Of a DNA stretch of 64,000 bases, positions 1-10,290 are shown piece by piece. Source of the stretch: the human T2T-CHM13v2.0 reference genome, Homo sapiens; NCBI RefSeq assembly GCF_009914755.1, contig NC_060927.1. One strand, given 5' to 3'. Under the pieces are notes generated by a model. That model searched no databases, was not told the DNA's origin, and was given only the letters and a program-made list of their open reading frames with translations. Numbering within the stretch: the stretch's first letter is position 1; the number at the start of each line of letters is the position of its first letter. The position numbers and the translations under genes are program-made.

Positions 1-1024
1 ATTATTCATACTTAGTAATAAACATCCAGCCAGCACCTCTCTTAATTCCTATTCATTTAAAACATAAAGTGGGATAGCTATTACAGTTTTATTTTATTTT
101 ATTGAAGAACCAAATCCATTACTCCCATACTTACGTTTATTTCTATTTTGTATGGGAGTAGCTCTGCACTCCACAGTCCTTATTGAATTGAAGAGCAAAT
201 ATATACATATGCTGTGTTGTGCCAGGGGGCACAAATTCTGCTTTGATTTACTCATGTGAAACTCCTATTAACACTGTGAGGAATTCAGGGCAAAGTTTAG
301 TTTATTTTTCAAGAAGGATCATGTTGTTACATATTCCAAATAACACATGAAGTCTTTTAGACTTTAAAACCAATGATGTGCAGCCATACACATTTCGGGT
401 ACTCATTTAGCTTTCCATTGACTAAGTCTCTGAATAGTCTCACCCATTCTTTATGGCACATAGTTTTAAAAGCAAGATTTGACAAAGAGGGAAATGTGCT
501 GAGTTCCTGGAGCTATTAAAGTATAAATGTAAAAATTATGAAAAAATTCCAAATTTAAGGCTTACATACTGAAACATGAAAATAATGTTCCATGCGTTAT
601 TTGGTAAGAAATATACAAAAATTATACATGTGTTTAATTTGTTGATTGTTGTCATTTAGTCAGCTAGAATAAGTGCTGCCTACTTGCTCTGAATTTGGAT
701 AAGTTGAGAGAAGGGAATGAAGACAGAAAGGGAAGATATAGCAGAATTTCCTTCTAGTTAACCCTCTCCTGAAACCAGACCTTCCTCCGTGAGTAAGTGT
801 GGAAAGTAACAATCTTAGACAGGTCAACACTCTTTTCACTGTCCTGCCCCTGAGCAAATACAACCTACCTGGATACCATCTCAAGAAAACTGACAAACAG
901 CTTACATTGCTGGTTATAGGGTCTGAACACTCAAAGAGTCTGTCTTCACATATTCTGGCTGAACACCTTACTAACTATAAAATTTGGGGAAACCATTTTA
1001 TTTCTGTATTGATTGCTTACCTCT

Positions 1025-1734
1025 TATTATGGGCTGAATGTTTGTGTCCCCCCAAAATTTAAATGTTGAAACATAATTCATATTGTGCTAGTACTAAGAG
1101 GTGGAGCTTTTGGAGGTGTTTAGATAATGAAGGCTCCACTCTTATCAATAGAATTACTGCCCTTACAAAAGAGGTATGAGGAAGCTTATTGATACGGTTT
1201 GGCTGTGTCCCCACCCAAATCTTATCTTGAATTATAGTTCCCATAATTCCCACGTTGTGAGAGGGAGCTGGTGGGAGGTAATTGAATAATGGGGGCAGGT
1301 CTTTCCCCTGCTGTTCTCATGATAGTGAATAAGTCTCACAAGATCTGATGGTTTTATAAAGGGAATTTCCCCTGCACACGTGCTCTTGCATGCCACCATG
1401 TAAGATGTGACTTTGCTCCTCCTTGCTTTTGGTCATGATCGTGAGGCCTCCCCAGCCATGTGGAACTGTGAGTTCTCTCTTCTTTATAAATTACCCAGTC
1501 TCAGTTATGTCTTTATTCGCAGCATGAAAATGAACTAATACACTTATTCATTCCTCTAGCCATGTGAGGACACACAGAAGGTGATATCTATGAAAAACAG
1601 TCCCTCACCAGATGTGGGACCAGCTAGAACCTTTATTTTGGACTTCCCAACCTCCAGAACTGTGAACAATAAATCTGTTTATAAATTACCCACTCTAAGG
1701 TATTTTGCTATAACAGCCTGAATAGATGAAGTCA
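1025..1734 (+). mobile_element. MaLR LTR (MLT1A/MST-like), interrupted by a THE1 LTR
   Basis: Start tatgggctgaatgtttgtgtccccc, internal ggacttcccaacctccagaactgtga, end ataaattacccactctaaggtattttgctataacagc. Confidence 0.75.
1190..1542 (+). mobile_element. THE1-family solo LTR
   Basis: TGATACGGTTTGGCTGTGTCCCCACCCAAATC ... ACTAATACA termini; 5-bp TSD CTTAT on both sides. Confidence 0.9.
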
Positions 1735-2444
1735 CTTATAAGAAATGAGATATTTTAGACTTGAAAAATGATGATTCTCTCTGTGCTAAGCTTCTACATA
1801 TCTCTAAAAAATTTTTCAATGTTATATAGGTTAATGTTTTATTCTTAATTTTGTTTATGATAATCATGTAGCATCATGATAGTCACTGTAGCATTATTAA
1901 ATATAAAGCAGAATACAGTGTAGTTAGTGAAATAGCAAAACAGCTTAAAGTATGCTCAAATTTGAATCCATGTGAAACATGAAACAAATGAGTTGATGTT
2001 TTCGCTAAATCCTTACATACATACAGAATTATTTATTGACTTTTAGGTTCTCTAGATCTCTACTGTTGTTCATGGAGATAGATAATGTTAGCTGCTTTTC
2101 ATATATAAAGAGACTTGAAGTTAAATGTGTCAAATCAACAAAAATGTACCAAATGTATATATATATACTTGTCATTTGGCGTTAAAACATTGAAACATGG
2201 ATAATATGAAAATACGATTGCATATTAAGTTTCTATTAAATATATTTACATTCTAGTAGGAAAATTATTGAAGGGCCTGACAAGAGATTCTCTCTGAACC
2301 CAAGGAGTTTAAAATTGAAGCTGAGGAGAAAAGACAAACAGAAACAAATCTGCACCGAATCCTTCCAGTACCAATGTTAGATACATATTTCTATAACAAG
2401 TCAATTCCTACACAAATAACAGATTTAAGAACAAGAAAACCATT

Positions 2445-2755
2445 ATCTTATTATTTATTTGTTTATTTTACTTTAAGTTCTGGGATACATGTACAGAACG
2501 TGCACGTTGGTTACATAGGTCTTCATGTGCCATGGTGGTTTGCTGCACCCATCAACCCATCATCTAGGTTTTAAGCCCCACATGCATTAGGTATTTGTCC
2601 TAATGCTCTCCCTCCCCTTTCCCCCCACCCCCTGACAGGCCCTGGCATGTGATGTTCCCCTCCCTGTGTCCATGTGTTCTCACTGCTCAACCCCCACTTA
2701 TGAGTGAGAATATGCAGTGTTTGGTTTTCTGTTCCTGTGTTAGTTTGCTGAGAAT
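2445..2755 (-). mobile_element. 5'-truncated L1PA 3' end
   Basis: tactttaagttctgggatacatgtacagaacgtgc... is the reverse complement of an L1 3'UTR; TSD AAAACCATT at 2436 and 2756. Confidence 0.88.
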
Positions 2756-2974
2756 AAAACCATTTTTTTATTAAGGAGAAAGAAATGGGCTAATTTGGGG
2801 AGGTGGTGGCTGTTAAGGTGAAGGTAACCAAGATCAGCATCAGAAAGCCTAAATCTTCAATTTGTGTTTTCTGTACTACAGAGAAGAGAATTTCAGCATG
2901 AAGATTACTTGAGAAAGCATAAAAAGGTAAAACAGCTGGAAACAACAATACAGATAATACAAAAATGATTATTA

Positions 2975-3379
2975 TGTGATATGGTGTGAATGTACCCCCC
3001 AAAAATTCATATGTTGAAACTTAATCACTAATGTGATAGTTTTTAGAGGTGGGAACTTTAGGATGTGATTAAGTCATGAGGGTGGAGCCCTCATGAATGA
3101 GATTAGTTCCTTTATAAAACAGGTGTGAGGGAGCTGCCTACCGCCCTTTTACCCTTCTGTCCTTCTTGCCATGTGAGGATACAGCATCTCTTTCTTCTTG
3201 AGGATGCAACAGCAAGGTACCATCATGGAAGCAGAAAGCAGCTCTCACCAGAAACAAAACCTCTGGGTTCCTTGATCTTGGACTCCCCAGCCTCCACAAA
3301 TGTGAGAAATAAATTTCTACTGTTTATAAATTACCCAGTCTGTGGTATTTTGTTGTAGCTGCACAGAGGGGCTAAGACA
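2975..3379 (+). mobile_element. MaLR LTR (MST/MLT1A-like)
   Basis: tgtgatatggtgtgaatg...aaaattcatatgttgaaac ... ataaattacccagtctgtggtattttgttgtagc...ctaagaca. Confidence 0.8.
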
Positions 3380-3382
3380 TTA

Positions 3383-3660
3383 CGTGCCAAGCACTACTTT
3401 GAATGTTTAACATATTAACTCATTTAATCCTTGCAACAGCTATTAGGTTGGTGCAAAAGTAACTGTGGTTTTCGCCAATTACTTTTGTACCAACCTAATA
3501 TATGAAAGGTGGGCTAATGTTATCTCTATCACATATGTGATGAAAGAAACACGGAGAGCTTCAGTGAACTGGCCTAGGTCTTAAAACTTAAAAGTCACAG
3601 AATTGGTCACAGAACTGGGCAGTCTGTGTCCAGAATCAGCACTCTCCAATGTGATGCTAT
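3383..3660 (+). mobile_element. MIR SINE remnant
   Basis: gtgccaagcactacttt...attaactcatttaatccttgcaaca...atgatgaaagaaac core-like pattern. Confidence 0.6.
3443..3498. mobile_element. MADE1-type mariner MITE, internally shortened, inside a MIR
   Basis: Inverted ends TTAGGTTGGTGCAAAAGTAA / TTACTTTTGTACCAACCTAA flanked by TA. Confidence 0.85.
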
Positions 3661-4557
3661 CTTTCTTCAAAAGCTGAACAAGGAGAAGAATGCACCCATT
3701 CAAATTATAACCCGAGGTACCCAAAGATGAAAAAATGGCAAATATTTCAGTTTCAGAGGAGGAAACTATGTTATGAAATACTCCAGAAAACAACATATAT
3801 TTAAGTGTATCATGCCCTTTAAATAAGGAGCGATATAATAATACAAAATGTGTACAGGAGAAATGTGGCCACCAACTAATCAGAATGGACTCTAGCTAGA
3901 CTGGTGCAATCAGCTGAATATCAGCCTTCTTCAAACTATGGGAGAACAAGCTATTAGAGTACTGAGTTTAAATAGTAAATATTTCTATTTTGTCTTTATT
4001 GTAATGAACAAGCCCTGTCTTTAGCTCCTGCTGTGCACTTTTGGAGGGTCTTCCATATGGTTGCTCCTAAGTATTTTGGCATTTTCCCAACTGTTACAAT
4101 TGGGTCAGTGGGGGGGATTGTATAGGAGTAATAAAACAAGGGTGACTGCAGCAGGGAGGAGGAGTACGATTACTACACACATAACAGCTTATTGCCTCTC
4201 ATGCGTTCAAGCACAGCTCTATGCCATTCATTACAACAGACAGCCAGGGCAAACTGCCATAGAGCTCACTCCAGAAAAGGCCCGGTCTTGAGTGCAGAGA
4301 CTAAATCTTCTCACTTACATGTCTTCCTAATGTTTCCTTACTTCATCTTCCCATATCGAGAATAACTTGAGGAGAAGCAAAACAATTATATCTTGCATAT
4401 TACTACGTCATTCTTAAGAAAGTTTTCTTGAACAGACTCTCAGCTAACTTTTAGCAGCAGCAGCAGCATTATCAGTGGCTATGAGGGCTTGGATATCTCA
4501 GGAGGGGAAAAATGGGAAAGGCTGGCCTGATTATCATAAATAATAATCCTTGAGACA

Positions 4558-4646
4558 TGATTCATAAATCCAGAAGTGGCTAATAATATTGACATTATTG
4601 TTATAGTGTCAATATTATTAGCCACTTCTGGATTTCTTCCATATCA
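4558..4646 (-). ncRNA. MIR4795: pre-miRNA hairpin MIR4795
   Basis: 29-bp perfect inverted repeat (4566-4594 / 4607-4635) with 12-nt loop; arms AGAAGTGGCTAATAATATTGA and ATATTATTAGCCACTTCTGGAT match miR-4795-5p/-3p as I recall them; about 1 kb upstream of CHMP2B. Confidence 0.85.
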
Positions 4647-4959
4647 GAGATAATATTTATGAAAAAAAAAAATGCTACCATTATTTTTATCCTGTGGAAG
4701 GCAGTGTTGCTTTAAACAGTAGAGACTATATACAGGTACGCACGCATAGGTTGTATTTTCCATTTTATACATGCAAGGATTCTTTAAATAATTCATTACA
4801 TTTTTTCTTTAACATGATATGCAGTTTTTCACAAAAAGCCCAAATAAACGGCTGTGAGGAATTCTAATAGGATCACCGTATAGCCATGACACTTTATGAT
4901 TCATGATTTACAAGAAATTAAGAAATAGAGCTGGAGACATTTAGACCAGCCTACAAATT

Positions 4960-4982
4960 TGTGTGTGTGTGTGTGTGTGTGT
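4960..4982. repeat. (GT)n microsatellite
   Basis: Direct reading. Confidence 0.95.
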
Positions 4983-5269
4983 TTTAATGTTTCCAGGCAA
5001 GAACCTTAAACAAAAAGTGTAGCATTAAAAAACTTCCCTTCGTCCTCGAGACCCCCCCAACTCTAGACACTGGATCCCCGGAGACCCACGCTGGGTCGTC
5101 GGAGTCTGGAGCCGGGGGCGGCAGGTGAGCGGCTAGGGTCCTGCAGGGGTCTGCGCGGTGCGGGGGAGGTCGCCGAGTCAGTCAGTGCCGAAAGGACCGC
5201 GAACTCCAGGGGCCAACAATCACCGGGTACGGAACTCAACGTTTCCGCCAGTTCCTGGATTACTCGAGT

Positions 5270-5304
5270 AAAAACAAACAAACAACAACAACAACAACAA
5301 CAAA
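5270..5304. repeat. (AAAC)n/(AAC)n microsatellite inside the CpG island
   Basis: Direct reading. Confidence 0.9.
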
Positions 5305-5607
5305 AATACTAACAGCAATGGGACCGTAATAAATCAACTCGGAGTGGGTACAGGCGGTTCCGGGACAACCCACACTTAGTCTAGGAGCCCGGAGATCCCT
5401 CATCCAGCTTTCCCCGGGGCAAGGGGTGAAGCGCTAAGCAAGGCTGATCACTGTCCTCAATCATCACCCAACCCGCGCACAGAAGCCGTGGCCCCACGCT
5501 CTCCTATCCCCGCCAGCTCCAGACTCGCCCCGCTGCCAACTCCCGGTGCAGGAGGAACTGGCAGCCGCAGACGTGAGGAAAGCGGCCGCGGCTTCAAACT
5601 CCGTAGT

Positions 5608-5635
5608 GCGCAGGCGCCACACAACGCGCAGGCGC
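5608..5635. promoter_or_regulatory. Tandem NRF1-like sites (GCGCAGGCGC x2)
   Basis: Identical 10-mers at 5608-5617 and 5626-5635 resembling the NRF1 consensus YGCGCAYGCGCR. Confidence 0.6.
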
Positions 5636-5878
5636 CGCCTAGAAGTGACTTCTCCAAAAAGTGTGTTAGTTCCCGGTCACCTGAGCTCCGGGTGACGCGG
5701 CTGCGGTAGCTGCGGATACAAGCCTTCCGCGGGTCCTGCCTGGCGACCCCGACCTCCTCCTGCTGTCTCTCCGCTCCGCCACCCCGAACCCGCCAAGGTC
5801 CTGTCCTTTTCCTCCTGTCCTTTGCCAGCGTTGGGCCGGACCGGGCCGAGCCGGGCCGCCCGGGCGCAGTCTTTAACC

Positions 5879-5912
5879 ATGGCGTCCCTCTTCAAGAAGA
5901 AAACCGTGGATG
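5879..5912 (+). CDS. CHMP2B: CHMP2B coding exon 1 (MASLFKKKTVD+G)
   Basis: ATG in strong Kozak context (ttaaccATGG); 34 nt followed by GTGAG donor at 5913; peptide is the CHMP2B N-terminus. Confidence 0.98.
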
Positions 5913-8900
5913 GTGAGTTCCAGGCCGGGCTGAAGGGGCCCAGCTCTGCGTTTTCTCGGCGTCTTTCGAGGCCTGCTGGCCGCGATTCTGCCTACTGTCC
6001 CTGGAGGCGGGGCTGGATCAAGTGGTCCCACAGGTGACCGCCCTCGCGGCACCACTTCTCTGCCTCCCTCTTGCTTCTGACTCACCTCACCTTAGGCTCA
6101 CCTAGGCAGTCTGGTTGCTTCCCTATCCTCACGATTCCCCCACCCTCGGGTTTTCCTCAGCAGGATCCTGAGCGTTTCGAGGAGGCTAGCTGGCCCTTGA
6201 GTGTCAATAAACTTGGAAATCTGATGGATTTCTTGTTGGTTTCCTCTGCTTCGATTGTTGCTCTTCAGTTGGGCGATATACTACTTGTAGGCATCCATAC
6301 AGGAAACTGGCAGTCTCGGAATGGGGAGGGAGGGGATAACAGGCTCCAGTTAGGAAATGAAGTTGGGTCTGGGTCAGTTGCTTCTTTAAGAACACCCCAT
6401 CAGTAAAGAGATGTGAAACAAATGCTTTTTTGATTAACCCCAGTAGAAAAATAAACCCAAGGGAAGTGCCCAGATTTAGTTTTCATAATGGATTTTTCTC
6501 CCTTATGATTATTTTTTGCCAACTAAAGAAAGAGATGGGGTATATATTGTCTTCATAGAAGTTTAACATGTAAAGATAATTGTGTTGTTTCCCGCATTTA
6601 GCTTAATATCATCTTAAGCGGGGAAAAAAGTGAATGTAAAGGAATGTACAAGTTTTATGGTGCTCATATGCGATGCCTATAATGTGTTTATATAACACTT
6701 GATGTTTTCATTGATTGCTACCAGGAATTAAATTCATTCAAGTTATTTAAAAATTGTGTTCCCCATTATATGTTTAGTCTAGGTTGTTGCTGGTTCAACC
6801 AAAGAATCACTTCTTTGTAAGGGTCTAATTCTGCCACAAAAGGAGCAGTGGTAGCTAGACAGTGATTGGTACAAATAGGGTGCTCAGTCCAGACCTGGAC
6901 GTAACTCCTTCATTCCTTTGTGTTGACTATTCCAATGCCAGCAAAATTATTTTGGGGAGGATAACAAAGAAGTCATCTCTGCTCTGCTGCTGTACACTTC
7001 ATTTCAACACATAATCTACTTTACCTCTAATTTATCAGATGACATAATACATTTTTCCTTACTCTGGGTGACTGAACATTTTTTTGATTTATTGACTTTT
7101 TATTAAGTACCATTTGCAATACCTGGAATAACTACCAACTTCGTATATTAGGTGATACAGTGATGTGAAATGGATTTTATGTGTGCTTTTCATGAGAATG
7201 CTGCTTAATCTTTAATATGGCACTTTATTTTTTCAGTGTTTTAGCTGCCACTGTTGTGAGCTTCACTTATTTTACAGTACTCCAGGGAGTGGGGGTGGGG
7301 GAACGATTTATTTTCTTTTTGCTTGAGTTTTATATAGTTACAGTTTTTTTTTGTTGTTTAGTTTTATATAGTGAGAATTTACTAAATGGAGAAAAAATGG
7401 TTTCATCTCCTTTACTGTGATGTTACAATTAGAGTTAATTTTTTTTTAACAATAAAAGCCAAGCATACTAGTTTTAATCGCCTAATACCTGTCAGATATT
7501 TTCAAAGACATAAATCTCAGTTCTGTGCTTCCTGGTGCTTTTGGAAATTTAGTGACTATTGTACTTGAAGTGTAGAGGAGAGAAAAAAAGACAATGGGGA
7601 TGTGCAATGAGTGTTTAACTGTATACTCATTTGCAGTTAATTCTTCCAAGAAATAATGTTTTTGCTGAATAGACTTATTTGTAAAAGAGTCTTAAGGACT
7701 CTTGCTAGGAACTATGCCACTAAATTAACCATATGTGCAATTTCCAAATGTAAATTTGGCCAGCAGGTACATTTACTATGAACTACCAAGATGCTTTCTT
7801 ATATTATTGTGTCAATTCCAGTCATTTACTGACATCTTAATAAATAGATCTGTATTTTCGTTATTTTGATATAGAGCTTTACTTTTTTTATTCCCTGTTT
7901 TATTGAAAGGAAGTTTTTTTTTGTTTTGTCTAAAAGGTGACAGCATTCTTCTTGGTAATGAGGCTGTATATTATGAATATGAAGTTTAATGTATTTTTAT
8001 GTCTCTCAGATCGTTGGATTGATCATGAGCTCTTTTATTGTATGCTGACTTTTAAATCTGTTCCAGCAGTAATGAAATTCTGATATATAAGGGAAACATG
8101 TACCTGCCTATAGATCTGGGGAATAATTGAATCTTTTTTCCTGTTTGGATTGGCTGGAAGAGTTATATACTGTATCATTAAAGACTACTGCACATGTAAA
8201 TTTAAAAGGAAGACAACATTACAGCACTTATTACTATTCAGAGTTATGTTTAATTCATTTTGACACAAAGATGAACAAGTCTCTGCGGTGTATACTTTGC
8301 TGTAGAAATTAATGAGAGGTATACCTCAAGAGAAGGGAAGGATTCTTTGGAATTTGAAATTACAGTTGAGTACTACTTGGTTTTTCTTTTACCTGTGTAA
8401 GGATATACATATATATAGTGTGTTATGTTTACCTACAGTGTTTATTTTCCCCCTTTGTAGATTAATAGTGACCTATTTAGGGAAGCTAATTATGAACCTG
8501 TAAATCAGGATCGCACTAGGACTTGTCACAAATGCACAACTAAACATGCTTAAAAGTGAAGTTCTTTAAACACTATATAATTTTTGTCTGTTAACCTCAG
8601 TAAAGACAAATTTGACTAAGCCAACACTGTGCTAAGCATTGTGCATGCCATGTCTTATTTCTCATAAAACATATAAGTACTCATATAACATCCTTATAAA
8701 ATGAGAAAAGCAAAGGACTAAGTCGTGTGTTCAAGATCATACAGCTATTAAGTGTCAGAACTAGGACCTCATCCCTTTGAGTATTATTATTACTTTTTTC
8801 TTATTAGAGATTGATACATGACACAGTTTAATTTTGCTCTTATCAAGCACATGGAATTCTCAACTTTTGGTAGATACCATGCAACGTTTACATTCTTTCT

Positions 8901-9059
8901 GGAACCAGACTTTTCTTTCGGAATTAGTGGTAGAACTTTACTTTCTAATGGTGGTGGAACTGGAAATAACCCACTCCTGACTCTCCCTGGACACAGCATT
9001 TCTTCGAAAGTATGGCCAGTTTCTTTTTGCTTTTCATCTAAACCTTTTGAAGGAGTAGT

Positions 9060-10290
9060 GATGTCTTATCTCCACTTCTTTACTTAACAGACTGCCTCCC
9101 CCACCTTACAGCAGTTTGCCTTGCATGGCATGCAATGAGATGTTGCTTAGATCATCAGTAACTTCTAGATTGTCAAATCTAATGGCCATTATTAGTGAAC
9201 ATCTCTTGGGCCTATGTTTTGCATTTGATCCTGATAATTAATTTATTCTCTGAAATTCCCTCTCTTAACTTCCAAGACATAGTACTCTCTTAATTTTCCT
9301 CAAATTCCTCTGACCACTCCTTTCTTTCTCCTTTCTGTATTTATTTTTTTTTCTTTTTCTTAAACCTACCCATTATATGTTAGTGTTCTTCTTGGTTCCT
9401 TCCTACGCTACCACTGTTCTAACTGCATTCTCTCCCTGCATGATCTTATTTACTCCTATTTTAATTGTAACTTAAGTACTGATGGATCCCAAATTTGTGT
9501 CTCTAGATGTGTTTTTGAGTTTCAGGCCAGATATCCAACAATTTGCTGAATATCTGTACCTAGGTGTCTCACAGTACCTCAAACTCAAGACCCCAAACAG
9601 AACTCATCATCATATCCTTTGAGGTATCCTCTTCCAGTGTTGACAGTGCTTGATGTTGCCTTCTACCATCAACTAATTACCAAGTCATGCTTCTTTCGCT
9701 TCTTAAATATTGGACACATAGGATCTTCCTCTCTGTGTTTGCAACTCTTTCCTCTATTCAGATCCTACTTAACTTGCACTTTACGATACCACCTTTTTGC
9801 TTTTCTTTCCTGTAGCTTCATAGCCCTTAAATCCTTCATCCACAAAGTTGGGTATGTGATTGAAACTTGAACCCAAATCTGACTATGTTACTCCTCAGTG
9901 TAAACCCCTTTATGAAATCTCTGGCACCAACAGGATCCACTGTGAGTGTTTTAATAATGCGTGTATGGCTCTCCTTGAACTGGCCCTTCCCTTTCTTTCT
10001 AGCCATGTCTCTGGACATTTTAGCATCCAGCAGCACTGTTCTTCTGTTCATTGTTATCTCCCATACTCTTTCTCACCCTGACATATTTTTGCTTTTGATG
10101 CCCTTATGCCTAGAATTCCCTTTTTATCTTCCTCTAGCTAAGCTGAACTATCCTAGGTTTATTTCTTCTCAAAGTCTCTATGAAGTACTCCTTATGTTCC
10201 CCTTTTGTGGCATTTCTTTCTGACTTGGATTCACTAGAACCATAGTAGACCCTCCTGCACTTTCAAAGTTGGATAATGCTTATTCTGTCT
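9060..10290 (+). mobile_element. L2 LINE remnant
   Basis: C/T-rich L2-like blocks: cttccaagacatagtactctct, cagatatccaacaatttgctgaatatct, acctcaaactcaa, aaatctgactatgttactcctc. Confidence 0.7.

Larger units (their letters stand above)
5040..6060. promoter_or_regulatory. CHMP2B: CpG island / TATA-less promoter and 5'UTR of CHMP2B
   Basis: About 1 kb of GC-rich, CpG-dense sequence in an AT-rich background, spanning exon 1. Confidence 0.92.

Noticed and set aside
4454-4468. Short (AGC)n/CAG run near a neurodegeneration gene
   Set aside because: Only about 5 units and outside the transcript; far below any unstable length
5063-6406. Cluster of overlapping ORFs in the CpG island
   Set aside because: Expected from stop-codon scarcity in GC-rich DNA; only 5879-5912 is supported as coding
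9619-10223. Several overlapping 70-118 aa ORFs
   Set aside because: They lie in a decayed L2 element; pyrimidine-rich chance frames
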